IMG/VR virus record: IMGVR_UViG_3300007231_000006 | Reading direction: 5' to 3' (one strand) | From: an uncultured virus (IMG/VR IMGVR_UViG_3300007231_000006) | Lineage: Duplodnaviria; Heunggongvirae; Uroviricota; Caudoviricetes | Length of the DNA stretch: 64,000 bases | Shown here: positions 16,715 through 25,459 of the stretch, in pieces | Layout of the letters: the number at the start of each line of letters is the position of its first letter | How positions within the stretch are numbered: position 1 is the stretch's first letter | Notes under the pieces: model-generated | The model's input: the letters and a program-made list of their open reading frames with translations, nothing else | Told to the model about the DNA's origin: nothing | Databases searched by the model: none | Made by a program: the position numbers and the translations under genes

Positions 16715-18576
16715 GTAAGGTAAGCAGAGACATACTCTCAGATATTACAGTTCATATGAAGTATGCTAAGTTCATACCAGAGCTTAACAGAAGAGAAACG
16801 TGGCACGAGTTAGTAGATCGTAACAAAGCCATGCACCAAAAGAAGTACCCTAAGCTAACCGAAGAGATTGAAGAAGTTTACAAGTACGTCTACGATAAGA
16901 AAGTTTTGCCGTCAATGCGAAGTTTACAGTTTGCTGGCAAGCCTATTGAGATATCTCCAAACAGGCTCTACAACTGTAGTTACCTACCTATAGACCATAT
17001 TGATAGCTTCAGTGAAACAATGTTTTTACTGCTTTCTGGCTGCGGTGTTGGCTACTCTGTTCAGCAGCATCACATTAAAAAACTCCCTTACATCAGCAAA
17101 CCTTTTGAAACAAGATCGAGGCGTTTTGTTGTTGGGGACAGCATAGAAGGTTGGGCGGACGCCGTAAAGGTTTTAATTGAGTCTTACTTAGGTGGAAGAA
17201 AATGTTCTAAAGTTAAGTTTGACTACTCCGACGTAAGACCAAAAGGCGCTAGGTTAGTAACCTCAGGAGGTAAAGCGCCAGGCCCTCAACCTTTAAAAGA
17301 ATGCTTGTTAAAGGTGAAAGGTATTTTAAATGCTAAAGACGACGCAACTCAGTTAACCTCTTTAGAAGTACACGACATAGTTTGCCATATCGCTGATGCT
17401 GTGTTAGCTGGTGGTATTAGAAGGGCTGCTTTAATATCTTTGTTCAGCGCTTCAGATGAAGAAATGATATCTTGCAAGAGCGGCGACTGGTGGGAACTCA
17501 ACGCCCAAAGAGGTCGGGCTAACAACTCCGCGGTTTTGATGAGACATAAGATAACGAAGGAGTTCTTTATGGACTTGTGGAAACGCGTTGAACTATCAGG
17601 GGCTGGAGAGCCAGGTATATACCTTAACAACGATAAAGACTGGGGCACAAACCCCTGCTGCGAGATTGCTTTAAGACCGTATCAGTTCTGTAATCTTTGC
17701 GAAGTAAACGCGTCAGACGTTGTTGATCAAGAAGATCTAAACCTTAGGGTGAAAGCAGCTTCATTCATAGGCACTCTGCAAGCTGGTTACACGGACTTTC
17801 ACTACCTAAGAGAGGTGTGGAAAGAAACAACTGAAAAAGACGCTCTAATAGGTATATCAATGACAGGCATAGCTTCTAACAAAGTTCTCAACTTAGACAT
17901 GAAGCAAGCCGCGGTTATAGTCAACCAAGAGAACGCTAGGGTTGCCAAGCAGATTAACATCCGTAAAGCTGCGCGTACAACATGCGTAAAACCCGCAGGG
18001 ACGACATCTCTGGTGATAGGATCTTCCTCGGGTATACATGCATGGCACAATGATTACTATGTCCGTAGATTGCGCGTAGGGAAGAACGAGGCTATATACT
18101 CTTACCTAGCCGCTAATCATCCTGAGCTAATCGAAGACGAATACTTTAGACCTCACGACACGGCTGTCATAAGCGTGCCTCAAGCTGCCCCTGAAAACTG
18201 TATAGTAAGAACCGAGTCTGCGTTTGACTTGCTAGAGAGAATAAAGAAGGTATCTACAGAGTGGGTAGCGCCTGGTCACCGGTCAGGATCGAACACTCAC
18301 AACGTATCAGCAACGGTAAGTCTTAAAGAAGATGAGTGGGATAAAGCTGGAGAATGGATGTGGGACAACAGGAACTACTACAACGGTCTATCCGTACTAC
18401 CTTACAACGGCGGTACTTATATCCAAGCTCCGTTTGAAGACACGGATTTAGGTAAGTTTGAGGAGATGATAAAATCTTTATCTAACCTAGACTTAACAAA
18501 AGTAACAGAAGCTGAAGACAATACAGATCTATCAGGAGAAGCAGCGTGTGCTGGAGGTGCATGCGAGGTTACTTAA
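16711..18576 (+). CDS. nrdJ: Class II (adenosylcobalamin-dependent) ribonucleotide reductase
   Basis: LPSMRSLQFAG, NCSY, GTNPCCEI, KPAGTTS, C-terminal CAGGAC; no small subunit; start ATG 16711. Confidence 0.9.
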   Translation: MSKVSRDILSDITVHMKYAKFIPELNRRETWHELVDRNKAMHQKKYPKLTEEIEEVYKYVYDKKVLPSMRSLQFAGKPIEISPNRLYNCSYLPIDHIDSFSETMFLLLSGCGVGYSVQQHHIKKLPYISKPFETRSRRFVVGDSIEGWADAVKVLIESYLGGRKCSKVKFDYSDVRPKGARLVTSGGKAPGPQPLKECLLKVKGILNAKDDATQLTSLEVHDIVCHIADAVLAGGIRRAALISLFSASDEEMISCKSGDWWELNAQRGRANNSAVLMRHKITKEFFMDLWKRVELSGAGEPGIYLNNDKDWGTNPCCEIALRPYQFCNLCEVNASDVVDQEDLNLRVKAASFIGTLQAGYTDFHYLREVWKETTEKDALIGISMTGIASNKVLNLDMKQAAVIVNQENARVAKQINIRKAARTTCVKPAGTTSLVIGSSSGIHAWHNDYYVRRLRVGKNEAIYSYLAANHPELIEDEYFRPHDTAVISVPQAAPENCIVRTESAFDLLERIKKVSTEWVAPGHRSGSNTHNVSATVSLKEDEWDKAGEWMWDNRNYYNGLSVLPYNGGTYIQAPFEDTDLGKFEEMIKSLSNLDLTKVTEAEDNTDLSGEAACAGGACEVT

Positions 18577-18595
18577 CAAAACTGTATAAATAAAG

Positions 18596-18632
18596 AAAGG
18601 GGATAACCGTAATGGCTATCCCCTTTTTTTTT
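18596..18632. terminator. Bidirectional intrinsic terminator between the two arms
   Basis: AAAGGGGATAACC-GTAA-TGGCTATCCCCTTTTTTTTT with A-rich tract on the other side. Confidence 0.85.
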
Positions 18633-18651
18633 ATTGCAACTTTTTTAAATA

Positions 18652-18846
18652 CTATTTAGGCACGCAGTTTGGAACCGTGCGGCCACCTTTCTTTTTTGTA
18701 CCCACCATTTTATGCGATTTCCAACAAGCTTTATATGGGCTATGTTCATAACCTTTTTCCTTCAGCTCTAAGTGCTGCTGCTCAGTTTTGGCCTCCTGCT
18801 TATCGTACATGTTGTGAGCTTTAAAGCCCTTCATCTTAAATGCCAT
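18652..18846 (-). CDS. Small basic protein (MAFKMKG N-terminus; CW..VPNCVP motif)
   Basis: Sequence motifs. Confidence 0.7.
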   Translation of the reverse strand: MAFKMKGFKAHNMYDKQEAKTEQQHLELKEKGYEHSPYKACWKSHKMVGTKKKGGRTVPNCVPK

Positions 18847-18862
18847 GATTATTGTTTTTACT

Positions 18863-19168
18863 TTAACACTTCCAGTTTCTTCTTGCTATATCGTTTGGGC
18901 AATCGCCGTTCTTATCTGGATCTTTACACTTTTTTATACCTGCTGATCTAGCGCAATATGAGTCTTTACGCGATCCACCTCCAGGCTGTGGGGCTTGTAC
19001 GTTGCCTCCGGTTTTGTTGTTGTAGGCTTTTCTTTCAGACGCGCTCATACCCGCCTCGTATGGTTTTGTTCTTTTTAAAGGAGAATTAAAACCAGCACCA
19101 ATACCTTCTGCTCTGCGTCTTCCGCAACTCGTAACAGGGAAAGGATTTCCTTTTTGAATGTAGGCCAT
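18863..19168 (-). CDS. Small basic protein with RKxSYCARS..RxWKC motif (DUF6321-like)
   Basis: Motif recalled from marine phage proteins. Confidence 0.65.
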   Translation of the reverse strand: MAYIQKGNPFPVTSCGRRRAEGIGAGFNSPLKRTKPYEAGMSASERKAYNNKTGGNVQAPQPGGGSRKDSYCARSAGIKKCKDPDKNGDCPNDIARRNWKC

Positions 19169-19169
19169 G

Positions 19170-19631
19170 TTATATAACTTTATATTTAGTTTTACCTTTA
19201 TCCTTATAAGCCTTGAGACATCTGTTTCTATTCTCTTCTTTTGACACGAAGCTTACATGAACCCAATCAGGATTTTCATCATCGCCAAACTCCCATATCA
19301 TTTGATCGAAGTTAAGGTTTTCTTTAATAAAACCATACATATCAGCATTTGACCTGTGCCCAAACCCGTCGTCAATATCCATAGCTTGTCCTGACATATG
19401 CTGCGACTTAGTTGATCCTCCTACGGCTTTGTTAAGTTTCTCACCTCTAAAAAAACTGTTAACCTTTATAGGACCTCCAACCCACTCTCTAAGAGGCTCG
19501 AAAACCTCTTTAGCTACAATCTCCATTTTCTCAAGTTGCTCGGCTCCAGGTGTGTTTTCTATACCCAGCCTCAATGCAGTATTACTTCTAACACCTTCTT
19601 TGTAACTTACGTGTTTGCTTATGTTTTTCAT
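19170..19631 (-). CDS. Peptidase M15-family endolysin
   Basis: SFFR..LNKAVGG..SQHMSGQAMD..WVHVS. Confidence 0.88.
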   Translation of the reverse strand: MKNISKHVSYKEGVRSNTALRLGIENTPGAEQLEKMEIVAKEVFEPLREWVGGPIKVNSFFRGEKLNKAVGGSTKSQHMSGQAMDIDDGFGHRSNADMYGFIKENLNFDQMIWEFGDDENPDWVHVSFVSKEENRNRCLKAYKDKGKTKYKVI

Positions 19632-19936
19632 CCTTTTACAATTACAGAAACATTAGGCGAAGTGCCCGTTGTTGTTATTTTCAAGTTTAACACGCTACTA
19701 TCAAAGCTTAAATCCTCGTTTAGCAACAGTGTTGTCACAGCTGGTATTACAGTGCTTTTTAAATAGTAAGACTTTGCCGCAGCAGAATCTTCTAAAAAAA
19801 GATCTACGGTTAAGCTATTAGAAGCGTGAACGTTGGTTATTCTTATAGAGGTTATATTACCTAGCGTGCTTTCTATAGGAACAAGAGTAGTAGTATCACC
19901 TGAACTCCCTGTTATATTAAATAATCCTTTTTGCAT
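19628..19936 (-). CDS. Putative virion structural protein
   Basis: Beta-rich 102 aa in tail module. Confidence 0.55.
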   Translation of the reverse strand: MQKGLFNITGSSGDTTTLVPIESTLGNITSIRITNVHASNSLTVDLFLEDSAAAKSYYLKSTVIPAVTTLLLNEDLSFDSSVLNLKITTTGTSPNVSVIVKG

Positions 19937-19951
19937 GTTAATTAAATAATG

Positions 19952-20179
19952 TTACCGCGCTAATTCGTCGAGTAAGTTACTTGTAGACGTTGCTATAGTC
20001 CATGTCGTGGCTCCCTGGGTTTTTAACGTGTTGTAGCGGTTTTTTACTAGCTCAATGCCAGCGAGCATATTTTTGCGGTACTCTTTGCCGTACCAATCGC
20101 TTATCAAAGCAACGTTTCTTTGCTTATGCTCAGGCCACCTTGAGACTATCTCGTTACTTGCACCTTCTTTAAGTGTCAT
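19952..20179 (-). CDS. Putative tail fibre assembly chaperone
   Basis: Small ORF after fibre gene; I..RWPEHKQRN. Confidence 0.45.
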   Translation of the reverse strand: MTLKEGASNEIVSRWPEHKQRNVALISDWYGKEYRKNMLAGIELVKNRYNTLKTQGATTWTIATSTSNLLDELAR

Positions 20180-20183
20180 GTTG

Positions 20184-21533
20184 TTAGAAATTATAAATTG
20201 TCGTAGTGGTAGTGCTGCCTGATTCCACGAACGCCGTGGTGTCTATGACCGTAACGAAGTTTGTTCCATCGTTACTACCTAGCAACTTGAAGTGGGTTGC
20301 AACGTGGAAGTTGTCTACAACTGTAAGTTTAATGCTTTGAAAGGTTTCTGCTCCGTTTGCAAACCTAACTTGAATCCAGCTGTTGTTAGCAACATTGTTG
20401 CTTAGCGTCCACCACATTGAACTAGTAGCGTTGATTACTCCATCAAAAGCCTTCCATATAGCATACGTGCTAGAGTACTCATGCCCAGCAGACAGAACCA
20501 CCCCAGATATACTTGTTGTGCTAGTTGCGTCTCCGTTAGGTTCATGAGTGCCCCCTGCGTTTTGAGTTGGATACAATTCCATCTCAGCAAGCGCGTGACG
20601 AGCAGTGGTGTTGTTTCCGCTGCTATCTACCCCTTGTAACCTCCACACTGTAAAGCTAGTTGCTTGAACAACCGCAAACGTCTTAACTAACACGTTGCTT
20701 CCTAGCTCTCCTACGTCTGCGCAAAGTATTCTTAATTCATACCCTGTCGCAATGGTCATTGGTGCAACAACGGAGATGTTTCCGCTACTATCTACACTTC
20801 CATATATATTTTGAAATACCCCACTAGAATTAAAAACCTTAAGCAAATAAGTAGCGGTAGGAATATGATTGTCTATAGTGCCTGTTAATGTTGCTCCCTG
20901 TTGACCGCTTGTTCCAAAAGTTGCGGTAGGAGTAGCCGTTGTCGTTCCGCCGCCAGCGGTAGCCCACGATAAAACAGCAGACCCGTTTGTAGATAACACC
21001 TGCCCGCTGGATCCATCCGCTGCCGGAAGTTCCCAAACAGTGCTTGCTGATAAAGAACCATTAGCTTTAAAACCCACATACTCATCCCCAGAGGCTGCTG
21101 GTGCTTCTTTTAGTCTAATTTCACCAGCGGTATACCCATTGGAATTTGTAAACAAAACTGGCTCGCTAATAGTAACTAACCCGTCCTGAAGGACCATGAT
21201 ATTTGCATTGCCGTTTTTAAAAGAGAGTAAATTGTCAGCTAGGTCTACCTCTCTATTCCCTGTAATCTCTTGATTAGCCTCTCCCAGAACAGGCACTGTT
21301 ATATTAGCGCTACCATTAAAGCTCACCCCATTGATATTCCTGGCTGTAGCTAATGTAGTTGCCGTATCTGCGTTACCAGTTAAATCACCAGTAAACCCCT
21401 GTGTAGCGCTAACTTCACCTGCGAAAAAAGCGTTCTTTAACTTAACGCTTGACGTACCTAAGTCGGTTTGGCCGTTAGTCTTAGCTTGTAGCGCGCCATC
21501 GTTTAAAACTACGTCACTGTAAAATTTTGGCAT
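20184..21533 (-). CDS. Tail fibre/receptor-binding protein with C-terminal discoidin-like domain
   Basis: GNADTATTLATAR repeat; LPAADGSSGQVLSTNGS..LSW; KAFDG..W..FKLLGSNDG. Confidence 0.75.
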   Translation of the reverse strand: MPKFYSDVVLNDGALQAKTNGQTDLGTSSVKLKNAFFAGEVSATQGFTGDLTGNADTATTLATARNINGVSFNGSANITVPVLGEANQEITGNREVDLADNLLSFKNGNANIMVLQDGLVTISEPVLFTNSNGYTAGEIRLKEAPAASGDEYVGFKANGSLSASTVWELPAADGSSGQVLSTNGSAVLSWATAGGGTTTATPTATFGTSGQQGATLTGTIDNHIPTATYLLKVFNSSGVFQNIYGSVDSSGNISVVAPMTIATGYELRILCADVGELGSNVLVKTFAVVQATSFTVWRLQGVDSSGNNTTARHALAEMELYPTQNAGGTHEPNGDATSTTSISGVVLSAGHEYSSTYAIWKAFDGVINATSSMWWTLSNNVANNSWIQVRFANGAETFQSIKLTVVDNFHVATHFKLLGSNDGTNFVTVIDTTAFVESGSTTTTTIYNF

Positions 21534-21561
21534 TATATTTTATTTAATTAAACTCTATGTA

Positions 21562-23604
21562 TTAAGTATACGCGAGAGTTCCGGCTGTAGCTCCTTTCAA
21601 AGAAGTTATTAAACATCTAACGTCGTTAGGCGGAGCAGCGCCAAAGTCGATACTGACCACGCTGGTAGACGCTGTTGCCATGTCATCGGTTGTTCTAGCT
21701 ATATCAGCGTAGACATTAGCCTCCGTAGTCATATCAAACAACTGTACCATGACGTCTGCTGTTCCTAGGTTATGCGTAATTGTGACTGTGTTAGAGTCTG
21801 TTAAACTAGATTGAGCAATTGTAGCGACAACTGATTTAGCAGACAACGTATCGGCTGTTACAACTCTAGCAGCGTCTGTACCGGTTAAAACCTCTGCAGC
21901 TGTAGCAAGTTCAACTTTACCAGCAGCTGAGGCTGATGCAGCACTAACAATTGCCGTTGCATCACCAGCGGCTAGAGTGCCCACGGTTGTGAGCGAGCTA
22001 GTTACAACAGTAGACTTCAGAGTATCGCCACTCAATGTACCAGCAGCCGCCGTTACTGTAATAGCCGCAGATCCATTAAAATCAACACCGTTTATAGCTC
22101 TAGCTGTAGTCAACGTAGCGGCTGATCCACTAGTGTTTTGGTTACCCGCGCTATTAACGCCGGGTAAATTTATATTCGCTGAACCATTAAAGCTAACACC
22201 ACCAATCGTTCTTGCTGTCGCTAAAACAGTGGCTGTATCTGCGTTACCAGTTACATCACCAGTAATATCACCAGTTACATCTCCATAAAAACCATCGGCA
22301 GCATCAATGCGACCAGCTGATATAGGTGCTAGATCGTAGCCAGTTCCAGCGGTGTTAACCGTAGCTCCAGGTTCAGCCTGTAGGCCATCAAAGAAAACGA
22401 ATGGATCGCCGTTTGCACTTACGTCTCTAAACACCCCAGCGTACTTCGCTGTGCCACTAACACCGTACTGGCCATAGAAACCAAAGTCAACTACGTCAGC
22501 TGTGTTTGCTTGGTCTTTAGCCAGCTTCAACATGCTATCAGCTATTGCGACAGTAGTTGAGTCGATAGTTGTTGTTGTACCGTCAACGTTTAAAGTACCA
22601 GAAACAGAGAAGTTACCAGTAACAGTCGTGTTTCCTTCTAACTGAATATCACTAGCAGCGTCTAAAGTAATTGTAGTGGCCGCAACCTCTATATCGTTAG
22701 CTGTTGGAGAGTTTATGTAGGCATTAGCATCTCTAAAGTTAAGCTTAGTTGTTGTTCCAAAAGTTTTTGAACCAGTAAACGTTTGCGCAGTAGTTAAGTG
22801 AGCCGTATCAGCATCTAAGTAAGCAGAGGCGATAGCAGTTCCGTTCCAAACACCCGTTGCAATAGTACCTACAGATGTAAGTGAAGAGGTTACTACTGAT
22901 GATTTTAAAGTATCACCACTAAGCGTACCTGCAGCGGCGGTAATCGTTATTGCAGCAGAGCCATTAAAGTCTACTCCGTTAATTGCCCTTGCTGTTGCCA
23001 ACGTAGTAGCCGTGTCTGCGTTACCTGTGACCGCGCCCGTCAAGGGACCAGCAAAAGCGTCTGAAGTAACTGTACCGTCAAAAAAAGCGTCTTTGAACTC
23101 TAAGCTACTACTACCAAGATCCACGTCATTATTGGTAACAGGAAGCAACGCTCCGTCTATTAACACTACTTGATCCGCGTTAGCGGCTCTAAAAAATATT
23201 CTATTATCGGTAGTGGCAAAGTCTATTAAATTATGTTGGTCTCTACCAACCTTTAAGCCAGCGTTAGATATACTGGTTATAGTTGTTTGAGCAGCGGTTA
23301 TAGCTACGTCGTTAGCATTTGCTGTTATGCCATCACCGCCAATTACGTTTAAGGTAGCATCTCCACTTGTAGCGCCGCCAGTCATGCCTGCGCCTGCTAC
23401 AACTGATGTTATATCACCTCCGGCACTAACCAAGCTTACCCAAGAAGAGCCGTTCCAAACATACACCTCTTTATCGCCACCGGTAGTGTCGTAATACAAC
23501 TGCCCTTCAACAGGGCTTGACGGGGCGGTGCCTAAGTTGTGAACAGCCGCGTTTTGTAGTTCGTTCTTGTTTAAGTCTAGACTACTGTAAAATTCTAATG
23601 CCAT
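21562..23604 (-). CDS. Tail fibre protein
   Basis: G/T/A-rich, repeated TATTLATARAINGVDFNGSAAIT, ITHNLGT C-terminus. Confidence 0.8.
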   Translation of the reverse strand: MALEFYSSLDLNKNELQNAAVHNLGTAPSSPVEGQLYYDTTGGDKEVYVWNGSSWVSLVSAGGDITSVVAGAGMTGGATSGDATLNVIGGDGITANANDVAITAAQTTITSISNAGLKVGRDQHNLIDFATTDNRIFFRAANADQVVLIDGALLPVTNNDVDLGSSSLEFKDAFFDGTVTSDAFAGPLTGAVTGNADTATTLATARAINGVDFNGSAAITITAAAGTLSGDTLKSSVVTSSLTSVGTIATGVWNGTAIASAYLDADTAHLTTAQTFTGSKTFGTTTKLNFRDANAYINSPTANDIEVAATTITLDAASDIQLEGNTTVTGNFSVSGTLNVDGTTTTIDSTTVAIADSMLKLAKDQANTADVVDFGFYGQYGVSGTAKYAGVFRDVSANGDPFVFFDGLQAEPGATVNTAGTGYDLAPISAGRIDAADGFYGDVTGDITGDVTGNADTATVLATARTIGGVSFNGSANINLPGVNSAGNQNTSGSAATLTTARAINGVDFNGSAAITVTAAAGTLSGDTLKSTVVTSSLTTVGTLAAGDATAIVSAASASAAGKVELATAAEVLTGTDAARVVTADTLSAKSVVATIAQSSLTDSNTVTITHNLGTADVMVQLFDMTTEANVYADIARTTDDMATASTSVVSIDFGAAPPNDVRCLITSLKGATAGTLAYT

Positions 23605-23615
23605 GTTTGTTTTTT

Positions 23616-24071
23616 TTAATTAAGATACGCCTTACCAGAAAATGCTAAGGCTGATCCTCCCCCGAAAAAGGTTATTGTTATTTGATTCAATGTGTTAAAG
23701 ACAATAGTACCTACAACGATTGACTCCCCTGAGTCAACCACGGTTACAGAAGGAAATTTGCCTAAATTATGATTTATAGTCCAGGTGTTAGACACGCTAC
23801 TTTGAGTAAACGTAAACGTCGACGCTGTCTTTGTTGCGTCAATCCACTTTAACCCCGTAGCTTCATTACTATCCGCTGTTAAAACAAAATCGTCATCACC
23901 TACGGTTAATGCTCTAGGTGCTGTAACCCCGTCGCCTACAATAATAGACCCTTTAGCGCTAAGATCTAGCTCAGACGGTAGTCCACTACTAGAGCCTACG
24001 GTAACACTACCTTCTGTAGGTATTTTACCAATCCACTTTACTCCGTTTTTACTTGGATTAGTTTTTTTCAT
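23616..24071 (-). CDS. Tail fibre-associated structural protein
   Basis: VLTADSNEATGLKW; WTINHNLGKFPSVTVVD..FSGKAYLN. Confidence 0.65.
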   Translation of the reverse strand: MKKTNPSKNGVKWIGKIPTEGSVTVGSSSGLPSELDLSAKGSIIVGDGVTAPRALTVGDDDFVLTADSNEATGLKWIDATKTASTFTFTQSSVSNTWTINHNLGKFPSVTVVDSGESIVVGTIVFNTLNQITITFFGGGSALAFSGKAYLN

Positions 24072-25459
24072 TGCTTAATAATGGTCTTTTTAACAACAGA
24101 GGTTCCGTAGAAAAAGAACACTTCGTATATTCCGTTTGGAAAACCTGATACATCCACGGTGTCTGACCTTACCCCACTCAGCATGATTCTACCATTTGAA
24201 TCATATATATCTACATAGCATCCTGGAGGTAGGACTAGGTTTAGTGTATCATATACTGGATTTGGATATAAGCCGCTACCAAACCCGTTTTCTATGTTTA
24301 CAACAACTGATGTGAACTCACAAGATCCATCGTCATCCGTTGCTTCTGAGTTGTAGTTAGACGCTGTCGGCTCAGTACACCCTGGTATTTCAAATTGATC
24401 GCAAACACCGTCTTGGTCTGTGTCATAATCGCATTCTCCATCGCAGTCGTAACCTAGCTCGGGGTACTCACACGAGCCGTCATCTAAAACCATGTCCCCA
24501 CCGTAGTTGCAAGCCGCCTCGTCACTACATCCTTCTTCAAAAATACAAGACTCATCAACGGGTAAGCACTGGGTATTAGCTAAAGGATCGTAGTTTAAAG
24601 CAACAGGTATTATACACCCGCAAACTATAGGTATACAGCTTCCGTCGTCTACAACGGCAAGAGGATTGTAATTTGTAGAGTTTATATCTGTACAACCGGC
24701 AACGCACCACGAGCTAGACAAGTTAGGAAGCACTTCAACATAAGTGTTGTTGTAACTGTTTTCGTCATACCCAAAACTCATCCACCAATAATCCGAAGGA
24801 CCATTGACGTCTAAAAGATGGAAGCTAAGAACTCCATCCACATAGACTCTAGGCCATTGTTGAATAGCGGAGTCACCTGCCATTAAAGGAAGATATGTTT
24901 GACCAGTAAAGCAAACCGTGTCGTTTGTCTGGCCCAAAACCTGGAACTTCACGCAAAACTCAGTTATATCCTCTGTGCCTTGGTTAGAAATATATATCGA
25001 TGGCTGCAAGTAAGGACCATACACATCGCAGCCAGTTTCGTAGAAAATAGTGTCTACACTGAAATCAATATCTACATAGCACTGGTGTGCGTCTGGAATT
25101 ATCATGTCCTGCGAGTTGTTTTCTGTGTTGACCTCGTCAGCATCACCTACTATTTCAACGTTTAAATAACCTCCAAAATCGTTATTACTAAGCACACCTA
25201 GCGAAAAAGATCTTACTCCTCCTGGATACAATGGATAGTTCCCGTTTGTAGTATCTGGACACGCTTCCTGACCGTTTACTTCATGGCAAAAGTAATCGCT
25301 TACTTCATCTCCGGTGTTTTCTACACTGAACTGAATCGAATAGTAGGGCGTTATACCCGCGCACAAGCTGTCTGTATACAAGGTTGTTATAACCAAATCT
25401 GGCTGAGCAGAAGCCTGGACACATAAAACAACTAGTAAAAAAAATTGTATTAATTTCAT
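24068..25459 (-). CDS. Secreted Cys-rich protein: CARDB-like domains, GCTD repeats, T9SS type A C-terminal sorting domain
   Basis: Signal peptide; V.N.G and NN motifs; GCT...NY...DDGSC repeats; LYPNPV..IYDSNGR..DVSGFPNGIY..KTIIKQ. Confidence 0.8.
   Translation of the reverse strand: MKLIQFFLLVVLCVQASAQPDLVITTLYTDSLCAGITPYYSIQFSVENTGDEVSDYFCHEVNGQEACPDTTNGNYPLYPGGVRSFSLGVLSNNDFGGYLNVEIVGDADEVNTENNSQDMIIPDAHQCYVDIDFSVDTIFYETGCDVYGPYLQPSIYISNQGTEDITEFCVKFQVLGQTNDTVCFTGQTYLPLMAGDSAIQQWPRVYVDGVLSFHLLDVNGPSDYWWMSFGYDENSYNNTYVEVLPNLSSSWCVAGCTDINSTNYNPLAVVDDGSCIPIVCGCIIPVALNYDPLANTQCLPVDESCIFEEGCSDEAACNYGGDMVLDDGSCEYPELGYDCDGECDYDTDQDGVCDQFEIPGCTEPTASNYNSEATDDDGSCEFTSVVVNIENGFGSGLYPNPVYDTLNLVLPPGCYVDIYDSNGRIMLSGVRSDTVDVSGFPNGIYEVFFFYGTSVVKKTIIKQ

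Noticed and set aside
19628..24071. Diversity-generating retroelement or invertible tail-fibre cassette
   Set aside because: No reverse transcriptase, invertase or adenine-specific repeat pair was seen.
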